A stretch of 64,000 nt of DNA from Botryllus schlosseri (Eukaryota): NCBI GenBank assembly GCA_051294905.1, contig CM119371.1, forward strand, positions 40,736,001-40,800,000, read 5' to 3'. The translations under genes and the position numbers were made by a program. Below are positions 1-12,732 of this stretch, one piece after another. Within the stretch, counting starts at the first letter, position 1, and each line of letters opens with the position of its first letter. Under the pieces are notes generated by a model that did no database searches, was not told the origin of the DNA, and worked only from the letters and a program-made list of their open reading frames with translations.

Positions 1-1300
1 CTTAGCTTGCTCTGCGTGAATTTCATTGTTCAAAACTATTGTTCACATGCGTACGTGCTTCCAAAAATCGATGCAATTTCTTTTGCATTGCTGGTCAAGC
101 TGGTATAAAGACCAATTTCAAGAACGTACTCTTTGTCAAAGTCATGCAGCGATATGCTCTTTGTATGAAATTTGTCATTCAATTCAACTGCATCGCAATT
201 CAGAAAGGCCCATTTGAAATTTTCAGGCAATGGTATTGGCGTACACATTGAACAGAGTACTGAATAGTCAGAATTCATTTTGTAGAGAAGGAATGTCGGA
301 AAAGCGGGTGAATATTCAGTAGTTAAATTTCGTATCACAGTTACAAATGTAGTGTTGGTACTAGGTTTTCTCTTCTCCAGTATAGGAAAGTGAGCATAAT
401 TTTCTTTGTACTGTTGACATTTCCAGAGTCACAGATTTGTTTTGAATGCGCCTCAACATCTCATGTATGTAGTTGTTTTTCCCCTGAAGTTGCAAGTTCA
501 ATTTGTTCAGATGTTCAGAAGTTAAATGTACCAGGAAAGCAAGATGAGATACCCATTTTCGATTACAAGATTGTGAGTCGGCGATATTTGTATTTTCGAG
601 GAAAGTTGCTATTTCATTTCTCAGTTCATACACTCGTGTTAAGCATAGCTTCTCGACTCAATGAGCGAACATGACAGATATAGCCCTACATGACATCGCC
701 ATATTGATTCTCTGCTTCTAGTAATATCTGACGTAACTGATTCAGTTGATGAGACAAAAATCATAATAACAGTTTTGACCATTTTGGCCAAAACACTATT
801 CAGGTTTTTTGTCTTGGCACACGATGCCTTCTGGAAAATCAAACTATAGACAGGCTAACTAACATACGGAGGCTAGTTATCTATAATTGAATAGTTTGAG
901 ATTCCGTCATCGCGTCTGAGATGCTCCAAGCGTTTTCGAAGCAAAGGAAGAACACCTTTATTGTCACGCCCCGTTAGAGTGATTGACCCTTAATAAAAAG
1001 CATGGAACACCTTCGGTTGCGAGATACATCCGATTGATAAGCACTGATCCAGTCTAGTCTATCTCCATCTCCTACTTCAACCACCTTCGTTTTATGGCGT
1101 AACAATAGACTAATACGATGTAGGCTACTATTATATCGTAGCCATGTCGCATATTTTTCATGCAGCGCTGCACTGCAGATTGAAACTCATTATGAAGAGG
1201 CGGGCCGTATTCTTGTGATAACTAATTATTATATCGCGGGCCGGACGATTTCGCTTGGCGGGCCGGATCCGGCCCGCGGGCCGTAGGTTGCCGACCCTTG
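1..1300 (-). mobile_element. Decayed hAT-superfamily (Buster/Charlie/GTF2IRD2-like) DNA transposon, runs off the window start
   Basis: Broken minus-strand frames give typical hAT transposase motifs: 'ELRNEIATFL..WVSHLAFLVHLTSEHLNKLNLQLQGK' (361-633) and the dimerisation motif 'IASIFGSTYACEQ' (36-338). The terminus at 1300 reads CAAGGGTCGGCAAC on the minus strand with GGCCCGCGGGCC subterminal motifs. Confidence 0.85.
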
Positions 1301-2191
1301 GAGTAGACCAACACCGACAGACGGCATTGTTGCGTCACAATACAAGCGCCGATTTAACCAGGTGCCGAGTTGAAGGTGCCGAGTTCACTGGCAACCATTA
1401 TAATAATATTCATGCATTTAATGTAATTATATGACTCCAGAAAGTTACTTGTATATGTTTGTATGCATATTCTTCTGTGATTGCTGACGCAGAGTCCAAG
1501 CCCACACTGGGAATACTCACAAGATGGAGTTATCACATTGTTGAACCTCATGAGGATATATTTCGTTATGATCATGAACTGCTGGAAGACTCGTGGTAGC
1601 TAGAAAGATTGTGCCGAAGCACAAGTAACACTGTATAGTGGAGTGCTGGTTGAAAGGGTATCGTGCAACTACTGCGGTAGCATGAAAGTCAGTTATGCAA
1701 CAAAGTGCGCAAAGAGGGATTTGACTAGTTGACTGCCACAACAACAACTTCGATGATTCTGGAGATTGTAGGCCTATTATGCCCTATTGTGACATTCGTC
1801 AGCCATGGCTTTAAAAACTACATGTCAAGGTGGAGAACAAATGCAGTTCTGCGAGTGATATTGAAGCAATACCTTCAATTTTGTGAATTTCAGACACAGC
1901 TCCGCGAGAATACCTTACTGAGGAGAGCTCACGTCTAATCATATTATCTTTTATCAGTTCTCATCTCACATATCGTTAGACTGGCAAGTATGGCATGTTT
2001 AATATGTTTTAGCAAATAAATGTGATAACATGACTGACCTTTGAGTATTGTCAACTCTTGAATGGTAGTGGGATAGTTGATTTATATTTTCTTGGACTTT
2101 TGACAAGCATTTTAGATTGATACCAGTCATAACTCAAGGTGTCAGCTGTCTGTATTTGATTATCAATTTGAAGACTTCGTTCTATTGGCCT

Positions 2192-4012
2192 GTCATCATC
2201 ATCATCATTGGTTTATTAGCAATTTTATCAGTTCAATACACCACAAAAAATGCGATACAATGAAAAGACAGGAAGGTGTCGAAGCGACAAGGAGCAGTCT
2301 ATGGAATCTGACACCCACCTTGGCCTAGGCGATATAAAGAGGAGGCATGCACACTGAATGAAAGTAAAGAAGATAGTATAGAAAAAAAAAGCGACAATAA
2401 ATAGGGCGGCATGTCATGGGAAGCGAGATCGATAGGTCAGTCGTGGTCCGGTAATCTTGAGGATGGACTGTATTTATTTAGTAGTAATTGCTTGTATTTC
2501 GACTTGAATGTGGACATGCTCGTCGACTGTCGGATGGCCGGCGGGATACTGTTCCACACATCAGGTCCGGCATATTTGATAGAGCGATGATCTTTTCGGT
2601 CGATCATATGATATTTGGACGACGTGGACGCGCGTGTGTTGTACTTGTGCGCTTTTGATTCCGAGGTAAAGAAGTCATTGAAATATTCGGGGCAACGACC
2701 GCAGTGGAACTGATACATAAACTTGGCGATTTCTAGTTTCCGCATATCTTCTATGTTTAGGACGCCGAATCTCTTCAGCAGCGACTTGTTGGATGGGCAG
2801 CCAGGCCCCTTTGGGGCCCTAGCTATGATTCGGAGTACTTTATGTTGTAGTTTTTGCAGTGGCTTGAGTGCAGTTTTACTGGCAGCCCCCCAACAGAGGA
2901 TGCCATAGTGTAACTTCGATTGGATTAAGGATTTAAAGAGTATCAGAAGAACCCATGCTGGCATGAAGCGCCTAAGGCTGTAGAACAGGCCGCACTTCGG
3001 TGATAATTTAGTTTCTAGGGACTGAATATGACTCTTCCAGGACATGTTCGAGTCCAGTAAAACCCCGAGATATTTGGCATTATCTGTGTTGGAAACGGGC
3101 TGACCAGCGATATCAACGGTTAGGTTATTTTTTGAATTTACTGTCAGCAATTGCGATTTCGAGGCGTTTATGCAGAGGTTGTTCTGGGCCGTCCACTCAT
3201 GGACTTTGGGCATTTGGTCACCAGTCAGGGCATCCAGCTCTGCCGTCGAAGATGCTGAAGAGAGAGGTGAGTATCATCAGCGAAAAGTGTGGTGCTCAAT
3301 GAAGAGGTTTCAAAAATGTCGTTGACATATAAGGTGAAAAGGACCGGTCCAAGTACTGAGCCTTGGGGCACACCACAGGTCACCAGGTGAGGAGAGGACA
3401 AGGTGTCTGAGATCGCAACCATTTGTTGGCGTCCAGTGAGGTAACTTTTCATGAGCTCAAGTTGTGGGCCCCGAAGTCCGTAGCGCGCCAATTTCGAGAT
3501 GAGAATTTTATGATCTACGCAGTCAAACGCTTTTTTTAGATCGAGAAAAATGCTACATCCCACATTTCGCTTCTCTGAGATATCATAATACTGTTCGGCC
3601 ACTGTTAGGAGGGCATGTGCGGTTTGGTGTTTGTTTCGGAAGCCAAATTGTTGAGGGGAAATGACAGACATTTTGGCGAGGAATGAGGACAGGCGGGAGA
3701 GGAGCAACTTTTCGAATACAACCCCGATGCATGGGATAACGGATATCGGACGGTAGTTGGTGACATTAGTTCTATCCCCAGCTTTGTGTACAGGGACTAC
3801 TCTGGCTTTTTTTAGATAGCTTGGGTAGACTCCATTTTCTATCATGAAGTTGAAAAAATGGGCCATATATTGACCGATATGCATGCTTATCATTTTTAAA
3901 AACCATGATGGGATTTGGTCATAGCCGTCGGCCTTGTGCGATTTCAGTTTGTGGATGGCTACTTCTACTTCGTATTTGGTCGTAGGTTCAAGCACAATTG
4001 ACTGGGATATCG
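2192..4012 (-). mobile_element. 5'-truncated CR1/L2-group LINE (RT and C-terminal region, one frameshift near 3215-3240)
   Basis: ORF 3225-4019 has RT motifs NYRPIS, QFGFR, FLDLKKAFD, GVPQGSVLGP, FADDT; ORF 2437-3213 continues it (KYLGVLLDSNMSWKSHI). The 3' UTR has a GGTGTC...GACACC hairpin (about 2274-2315), AATAAA and a (TGA)n tail at 2192-2207. Confidence 0.93.
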
Positions 4013-4487
4013 ATCTCACCTCTCACCATCAAATCTTACATCTGGTTACAGCCATCGGGAACTATCCGCATCAAATTTTCCAAAGAAATCTGCCATAATA
4101 TCCGACTGCCACATAATTGTCTAATATCCCCCCCCCCAACATTCCTCTTCTCCAAACTTAATCTAATGGGCCGTCTTCCCCAACCGTAATCTTGAGATAC
4201 ACTTACCCAACCGTAACCTTAACCCACCTTCAAACCCTATTATCCGTCATTTATAGATGCCATGGAGGAACACTGGACTGTTATGATATATACAGCTGGT
4301 ATCTGAGTGTAGCAGATGATGCTTGAGTGATACCTGACTATTTCGCATCCAAGACGTAGTATGCTTATTTTGCAGATAGATACCTGGGTGATACAGCTGA
4401 TACCCGAGAATATACACAGGGCCTATTTTCTGTATCGCCATCATTTCCATCTGTTTATGTATTTTGGTCGGATGAAATAGTGAAGAC

Positions 4488-4720
4488 TCTCTTTCTCTCT
4501 CTAATAACATACACCAATCGAGTCTCCTCACGTCCCGATAAAGCAACGGAAATGTCAAGCTCAAATGACTAATTACTGTTTATTTCACACCAATTCTACA
4601 CATTACATAACATGAAAATGCACTACATGAGGAAAATACAGTCGCCGATAATCCAGCCCCTTCACGCCAAGCCCAAGGTGAAAGTACTTGGAAGTCATTC
4701 ATCAAACCCTGGGTTGTGGA
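4488..4720 (-). mobile_element. Probable short 3'-end remnant of a CR1-like retroelement
   Basis: On the minus strand, a CCCAGGGT...ACCTTGGG stem encloses TGAATGACTTCCAAGTACTTTC, similar to the loops of the other LINE 3' hairpins here, and is followed by an (AG)n tract at about 4488-4502. Confidence 0.35.
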
Positions 4721-4741
4721 TATTATCAGTGTTGTCTCACA

Positions 4742-4999
4742 TAGGGTTTCAATACGTGTCCTCAGGGAGGGTGCCTAAATATCTAGTTAAATATATGTTA
4801 AAAATGTACTGAAATATAACGGATAAAGTGGGTGAATCAGGAGTCGAATCGACCTGATGACCTTTTTTTTTAGACAACCAACTTCTAACTAGAAATAAAT
4901 TTACGAATTTTCCCGGATATTTCTCCTGTACTGTAAGTACCGTACATAAATTCTTACGAAAGTGTCCTCTTTTCAGATTCCCAAAATATGGCAACCGTA
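4742..4999. mobile_element. MITE with TAGGGT...ACC(C/G)TA-type ends; related copy at about 43971-44362
   Basis: Ends TAGGGTTTCAATACGTGTCC and CCAAAATATGGCAACCGTA. The 3' part (AAGTGTCCTC...ATTCC(C)AAAATATGG) recurs at 44323-44362. Confidence 0.55.
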
Positions 5000-7900
5000 T
5001 TTCGTATCAATCACAAGATGTGTAATAATTGTCAACAACTACAAGCTATAGAATGTCAAGCAGTGAATCATAATAATTCTGTTATAAGTGAATAATGAAT
5101 CATATTTTAATAGTATATTCCTATTGAGATGAACCCGAATACTTTCGGCTGACATTCGTCAGGGTTGATCGTCAGCAACTAGTAGAGAATTGGAAGGAAT
5201 AAATATACTATTCAATTGTATCTTGAAGTTCACTACCTCCAAGAAGCTCTTTGAATCACATTTATACGGTTATCAGAAATTCCGATTATTATATATTTCG
5301 AAATTGTCTCTTAATCGGTTAACTCCAGTAGGCCCTATGGTAGGTCATTGAGAATTACACAGTTGCATTTCAATAATAAACCGGGTTACTGAGGGGTACA
5401 AGCCGATGATATTTTGGTTTGTGCATGTAGATGTAGAATCACCAAGGTCACAGAAAATGCAAACAACTGAACATCGATATGGACGCATTAAAAATCATTC
5501 GTTTCAAGTACAGCGACCGTCATTCTACAGCAGGATACCATCAGGGTTTTTGACGAGAATTATCCATGAAATAATTTGGCAATGGAAGTTATAAACCCGT
5601 TTACATTTATATTCACTTTTTCTGCTGACGTCAACTGCACTAAAGACAAAGAAATTGATCACAAGATGATGACAGAACATATAAGATACTACATAATTGA
5701 TTTTACATTGGGATTCATACATTAGACACACTCATGTTCAACAACAGTTTTTTTCATTTTTTTTTAGTTTATATTTTTTTGTATCATGATCAACCATCAA
5801 AAATGTAAACACACTACATACGCTACATGTGGGATTAGTATCATTTTTTTTATTCATTTTTCCATGTTTTTTATTTTCTTTGCACTTTTATCATATTCAA
5901 TTATTATTTAAAACTATAAGACTACCTGATTGATCACTAACACATATTGAGATTTTAGTCTTTATATACACATAACTACCTTCTACAATCATCGTGAAAG
6001 TTTGCATGAAATGTATATTGGCCTAGAAAAAGTAACATCACGAATATGCATGATAACGAGTGTAACAGCTGGCCGAAAGTATTGATCAGAGTTGGACAAC
6101 GATTGCTGATTTGACAAATAAAATCAAGCACAATTATATTTTGACATTCTACGACCTGATGATTTAGAAAGAGAACATTGGTTGCTACAACAAAACATAC
6201 AATAAGATAACAATAATTCATCATAGAAGACAGAAGATATCTATTTTGAAATGAATCTATTCCATTGTAACATGCGTATCAATCATGATAAATGCACCAA
6301 ATCCGACATAATGACGGCTCCAAGTCTACTCTAGTGGAAAAACTTTTCTGTTCAAATCCATTAAATCAGTAATTACCGCCTTAAAACACACATGTGATGA
6401 AAAGCGAGAATCGAAACGATATTTGCGGATATCAATGTTGTTTTCATTGTGTTTTTAAACTTGCACAACTTTTTCCAGTTACCTAACTGTGAAATGCACG
6501 ATATAAATCGCGTCATTACATTGTAACGTGTCAATTGTATCGATCAAACGCGAAATCGACTGCTTGAATTCTGAAATGCAACTCAGTCATTCTACTCGCA
6601 AGACGAATTGTTGGCGTTTGCGCATGATCAAAGTTGTCCCATCTGTCACTCTCCAAAACGCTCCCTGAAAAACAAGTACCTCTGAATAAATCAATATCCA
6701 GGTAAATCAAACACATCTGCAAACAATTTAGAATACGAGTCGAACGAAATGGAATTAGACTTATGGTAAAGGACCTTGGCTCATAGTCGGATGCATTGTA
6801 GGTCTTTGATTTACAGATAGACTATGGATTTAAATTTTCGCGAGACGCTTCGCCAGCTTCTTCGGCTCACAGTCCAGTATAGGGCAACATATCAATTTAG
6901 TACACGCCTTTTTTGAAAATAAACTTGCAGGCAATATATCGTATATCAGTGAGAGGCGTTGACGATATACTTCCTAGTGGACTTTCTTGACACTCTACAT
7001 TCCCATTACGTAAATTACAGTGCAGTGAAAAAATGTCGAGTGTCAATGACGCTTGGAAAGATAGGTCAGCACTTGGTTTGTGTGAAAGTGTCTTTTTATT
7101 GCCACTAGGATCATCTGTATGAGTGGAAAGGTCATTAAAAATAGGGTCGTGCATTTCTGCATTAAGGTAACCTTAAATGGGTGACAATATGTGTACTGCT
7201 ATCACACTTGGATAATTGGATAATTCTAGTTGTGTAATTAAACTAAATAGAGTGAAATGCCGGTAATCTAATTCGAATCTGATTTGTGAATTAATTCTTT
7301 GCTATCATTTTGATTTTCATTTAATTTCTGGTTTTCCTGTAAATGCTAATTAGAAAACAGTATAGTGTGAAACGAGCCAAGCTGGCAGACATTTTCTATT
7401 ATTTTGCTCATGAGCAGGAACCATGATTTGATATGACGGGACATGATGAAATGTCCAAGTTTTGCGAATGCATTCATTCTAATTCTAATCTAATTTGGAA
7501 AAAAGCTGAGTAGCTATCACTTTAATTTAATTCAATTTGGAAATAACTGTATAACTCTAGTTCTAATTTTACTACAGTTTGAAAAAGCTGGAAATGTTAT
7601 CGTTGTCCAAATCTGACTGTTATTGGTCACAAAATTGCGTCTACTTGCGGCTCAATTTTTGACAACACGTTGACCCATACGATACGTACGGAAAATTTGT
7701 AAGTTGTCACTTGCGATTACCTAAGAAAAATATGACACAACCCGTACAAATAATCGTATTTTAAATTCCCATACTTGAGTAATTTTCAACCTTCATTTAC
7801 AATACTTGTACCCAAGTAAAAATGGAGGGGATCACTCCAACTTCAGCACGAGTCGAATCAACGACTATATCAATAGTTTATACAAATCATGCGACCACAT

Positions 7901-9704
7901 ATTCCGACCATCCACTCTATTTTTAACTTCCAGCAGCTAAACAATGCGGACGGATTATTTTATACTTTTGCCGTGTTAATAATGCGAGCATCTCGTCAAA
8001 AGTCAAGCTTTATAATCCAATATTTTTCGCAAGAAAATGAGATCTACGTCAGTTGAATGCAGCAAGTAATCATGCAATGAAGTGACGCATGAATGACGAA
8101 GATCAACTTCAGTGTCATATATCGGCAGAGGTTGTCAGTAAGCAAGTACTTCAACTTTTTCCAATTATAAAAGTAATTTTGTCCAATTTTCCTACTTACT
8201 GGGATGCATGACATTGCTATTATATTCTTGTAGAATAAACAATGTTTTTCAACGACGTTTCGTTTGATGCACCGTGTGACATCGTTATGACGACACTGTC
8301 CGACACCGCAATAATATTTGAACTAACTTTTTTTACTGTGCATGAGAATGAACCGAGCATGGAATGGCAGGATAAATCTCAACACACATTTCTAGAACGA
8401 TCAGACTTCGCGACATCGACTCACCTGAAAAAAAATGCGACGTCGAGTCGCTCCCAGGCATCTCTTTCTCGATCCACTGAAATTAGAAAGAATTTAGAGA
8501 ATATATAATACCTGTTATTAAATGATGTAGCGCTGGTCTAAAATCCAAATCCTGTTACTGATTAGAATTTCAAATCGAAATCCAAAATTAATTTTGTTTC
8601 GGGGGTCAGTAACGAACTATTTCTACTTAATCAGGGTACTCAAGTAGTGTTGCCTACTTGCAACGCTTCATCAAGTCGTCACAATTTTAAAATACTTTCA
8701 TTTCTACTTGTTCCATCACTTGTTCGACAAAACTACTTACTTCGTAAAATTTGGATTTTGAAAAGTAGCAAGTAGTTCCAGAATGATTTTTCGTCATTTT
8801 TGTTTTGTGAAAGTGTCATAGGAGTCGTGTGAAATAGCCCATGTATCGCGGTAACTTAATATATATTTTACAATATTTCGTTCATTTGCCGTGTATTTAG
8901 TCATTTTGCATTAGTCGCGTTGATATATCAAGATTGCAATTTGGAAAGTAAATATCTTCTGTTAACCGCTAAAAGTAAGTGGCCCGTCAACTAAATTTAC
9001 TTTAGAAACGACTCAGTTGAACGCACCTACGATCATTCATGAACTCGTGTTAGCAACTTTCAGAACCAATGGGTGTCAGTATGATCACCAGATGTCGCAA
9101 AATAGAGCACTGTATTTTCTCAAATGGTTACGAAAATATTCGAGTCCCAAATTTTTTTGACTCAACGCCCCCTCATTAAGCACTATGTATCTTTATCACA
9201 ACCCCAAAAGCAAGGGTGTTATCCACTGTGAATCACTTCTACTTTTTCCTAATATTCAACCAGCTTATAGCGACTGGTGTACTTACTCAAGAAGTTTCAA
9301 TTGAATGCTATTTTTATCAGTTTTTTTAATGCTGGGCAACTGAATTTTGCATTCTTGATATTGTCAATTGAAAGTAGTTTTTAGACGCGCTTCAACGACG
9401 TCTTACTTCAAAATTGACAAGACCTCATAAACAAGTTCACGATCAGCGACGTATGGGAAATCATGCGTAAAACAATTATTCATATAAAATATCAAGTATA
9501 GGATATTGAATTACACTGCTATTCATTATTACCGAGTGTTATCAGGTTACCGTGGTAACGACGCTACGTCACACCATAGCATGCCATAACCACAAGATTT
9601 CAAGTTGCGTCAGCAACGCATCAGGCATGTTACGTGAAATGAGCATTTCATGCAAAATGATCGCAAAACTTATATCTATACGTAATATAACACCTATCCT
9701 AAAC

Positions 9705-9932
9705 CTAATAATATACCGAACCAAACCATGACTCACAATATAAAACTTCCAACTCAGCATCGATATCATTTGCAATCTTCTGGGCTTTCTTCAAATCGTC
9801 TCCTTTCAACACGTCATATTCACGATTGCATATCAATGTTACTTTCTTCAAAGTAGGGTTGTTGACGAGAGACGAAACGTCATCGACTGAAGCACGACAT
9901 CCAGCGGCAAATATGCATCTGATGCATTCGAT
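9705..9932 (-). CDS. Putative terminal exon of the NLR-like gene (IECIRCIFAAGC...WFGSVYY*)
   Basis: Acceptor ctcccgtcgcag|ATCGAA, phase 0, 75 open codons then stop. LRR-like 'LVNNPTLKKVTLIC'. Confidence 0.6.
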   Translation of the reverse strand: MECIRCIFAAGCRASVDDVSSLVNNPTLKKVTLICNREYDVLKGDDLKKAQKIANDIDAELEVLYCESWFGSVYY

Positions 9933-10038
9933 CTGCGACGGGAGAATATTACTATTAGTATTATATATTATAATGATGCTTCTTGCTATTGCTAGCCTTT
10001 TCACCAGGGGATATGATTTTTTACATGGTACTTTGGAT

Positions 10039-10653
10039 CAGGGGTGGCCAACCTTTTTGCCGTTCACGGCAAAATTTTGTCTACTGATGTCGTCTACAGC
10101 CGCCTTCCAAGAAATAGTCGTGATGAACTAAGTGGAAAACAAATAGCCTATCCATGTTAAACTGCCCATGTTCATTTCCGGTGAACTCAGGACTACTCTA
10201 TTGATACATATTGGCACGCGAATTTCTGGAACCAATTGAGGTCGCACGAGCCATGAAATTTTTTCCAGGTTCGGGAATGAATTTTGTCACTTTGTTGCAT
10301 CCTAACTGTTGTTATTCCACCTCCCATCAGGATTGTCGGTATATAGTGGAAATATATTGAAATCGCCCAATAGAACCGGAATCAATTATCTTTCGTGAGG
10401 CGCACACGATTCCAAGTTGGTATTTGTATAATGGGCCCTTCATTCTCATATGCTGTTCACATTTGTACTGCGGGGCTCAGATTGCAAAGGGCGCTCTTGA
10501 ATTAAAATTGCGCAAAAAATATTTCCAAATTGATCACTATCGGGAGTCAATTTGTAAATTGAATATGCATGTTGAAGGCCCCCAAAAAATAATTGAATTA
10601 CGTGTCGAAGGGCGCACAAATTCCATTTTACGGCCTCAGGTACGCTATCCCTG
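10039..10653. mobile_element. hAT-type MITE
   Basis: CAGGGGTGGCCAACC...TATCCCTG termini flanked by 8-bp TSD CTTTGGAT/CTTTAGAT. Confidence 0.8.
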
Positions 10654-10840
10654 CTTTAGATAAACTTATTGATAATATTACGAACTCCGCAACTGGGGTG
10701 GATATGTAGGACAAGGAAAATAAGCTACTTCATGTGAAGGGGATTCGAGATGAACGGCAGAATTAAATAATAAACGTGCGTTGGTGGAATATGTAGCCTA
10801 CATTGAATCTATGCAAATAACACCAGATCATAATTACTAC

Positions 10841-11008
10841 CTTCTTTTGCTTGCAAGCTTCAACGATATTTCTGAATTCATCTCTTCTTGTGAAGTAGAA
10901 CATTGCATGGATACTGACGAAAGCGGAAATTTCTCTGGCACAGTTCAAATGTCTGTTGTAATCCTCGACGGACATCTGGCCATTCACAGCAATTTCAAAG
11001 ACCTCCAT
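10841..11008 (-). CDS. Putative internal exon of the NLR-like gene (MEVFEIAVNG...EACKQKK)
   Basis: 168-bp open phase 0-0 exon between gcatttaag| and AAG|gtagta; the acceptor is weak. Confidence 0.5.
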
Positions 11009-11185
11009 CTTAAATGCGGAAGACATAAGTTGTTAAATCTTGAAACAAGATTCGGTAATTTGATTAAAGACAGTTATTCCCAGAAGTTAAGATAGACGCC
11101 TAAAGAATGATCAATTCCGATTCTCAAGATATAATGATAGGGGAATATATACACGTGTTTGAAAAAATTCCATGAGGAATCGTAC

Positions 11186-11266
11186 TTGATACTTTTTCCG
11201 GTAAGTTTCAATTACCGACCAATCGACATCTTCTTCCTCCGTGCAATCGAGCAAGATCTTGTTTAT
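11186..11266 (-). CDS. Putative internal exon of the NLR-like gene (INKILLDCTEEEDVDWSVIETYRKKYQ)
   Basis: Acceptor ttgtgttcag|, open phase 0, donor CAA|gtacga (alternative donor TCG|gtaatt). Confidence 0.5.
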
Positions 11267-11519
11267 CTGAACACAATTTTGGTTTCATGAGTAATGATGA
11301 CACCATCGTGACGTGATCATGTATTGAAATCAATATTCATATTTTTACAGCAGAATAGTGATTTGTCAAAATAATTTGATTTATATAATTCATGATCTCT
11401 CGATAGAATCTACCGATGAATATTCTTTGTATTGCATTAACAAATGATGCAAGTAGTGGTGGTCAAAGTCGTCGTTACTCAAGTAGAAGTAGCGAGATAC
11501 AAGTAAGTAAAAAAGTGAT

Positions 11520-11820
11520 TACTCCAGGCAAAAGAATTAGGATTACAGCTACACAGTTCTTTCCAAAATAGATTAGAATTAGAATTAGAGCTACACAGTT
11601 TTTTCCAAATTAGAATAGAATTTGAATTACAGCTACACAGTTTTTTCCAAATTAGAATAGAATTTGAATTCGATCCACACATTATTTTCCAAATTAGATT
11701 TGAGTTACAATTTGAGCTACACATTTTTTTCCAATTAAATCAGAATTAGAATTAGAGCTACACAGTTTTTTTTTAAATTAGTTTAGATTTAGAGTTGGAA
11801 CTATACAGTTTTTTCCAGAC
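11520..11820. repeat. Degenerate minisatellite of about 42-44 bp (GCTACACAGTTTTTTCCAAATTAGAATTAGA-type); related sequence inverted at about 7470-7620
   Basis: About 7 visible repeats of CTACACA(G)TTTTTTCCAAAT. The motif GTCCAAATCTGA/TTCCAAGTCTGA and GAAAAAGCTG units also occur at 7490-7620. Confidence 0.75.
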
Positions 11821-12107
11821 AGCGTCAAATAAAATTTCGCTCTAAATTAGTGAAATTAGACAACTAGAGTTATCTCGTTTTCCAAGTCTGATGGTGAGTA
11901 ACGATCTATTTCTACTTCTTAAAATGACGAGTTTAATATCGCAATTTCACACAAAATTAACCAATTTGACGTCATTAATCATTTTGCGTAGGTCGCAGAG
12001 AACCATCTCGCAATTTAAAAGGTAGCCATCACCAATGAACTGCCGAATATTTGCGAACCGTTGACTAATAATACTTTTGAAAACTATTTATTTTGAGTAC
12101 TCATAAG

Positions 12108-12560
12108 CAGGACTGGGCACAATGATTCAAATACTCGAATCTGAATCGAGTATTAATTTCAATGATTCAAGTCAGGTAGTAAAACACAATTTTTTCGAGC
12201 AATGCAATTATACACTCCCCGCCACTGAAAGTAAATTTATCAACGAGAATTATAGTTTCGATACTAATTTTCACTGTTGAAGATTAGCACAAGCCTTGAC
12301 ATCTTGATTGGCCGGTTTGTAGCACATTTCCGAAATCATGATCATCCCATAACATTGTCACCAAGTGCAATGAAATCGGTATGGTCGAAAAAATACCAAA
12401 GTATCTTCCACGTGATGGAGAACAGGCATTATATTCTTTGCGGTCGCCTAAAAGGTACACATTCGAACTTTGACATGTCACATTCTGTTATGACGTCATA
12501 ACGAGTGATACTCGATTACTCGAAGCGTATTACGTGATTCAGAATCGAATCACCCAGCCC
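12108..12560. mobile_element. MITE family of about 450-500 bp (GGGCTGGGCA/GGGCACAATGATTC ends), copy 1
   Basis: Shares long blocks (GCAATGAAAT.GGTATGGTCGAAAAAATACCAA; GAGTGATACTCGA; GTGATTCAGAATC) with 36418-36932 (same orientation) and 32974-33475 (inverted). Confidence 0.8.
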
Positions 12561-12732
12561 AGCCTACTTCCACTTTCACTTGAAGTAGTTTTAATAGGTA
12601 TTTTGAAGAGCCAGTTCTACTTGTAATCGCGTATAAATTCAAGAAGTTGCTTCTACTTCTACTTGATTAACAAGGCTGAGTACTTTGACCAGCTCTGCGT
12701 ACATTCGAGACTCGACTCGCAATATTGGAGAC

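Noticed and set aside
6830..6875. Third hammerhead-like motif on the minus strand
   Set aside because: Both core boxes deviate (CCGAAGA, GAAG) and the stems are too short to support the call.
5400..7200. Possible exons of another minus-strand gene
   Set aside because: Several splice-like sites are present, but no consistent open phase chain or recognisable domain.
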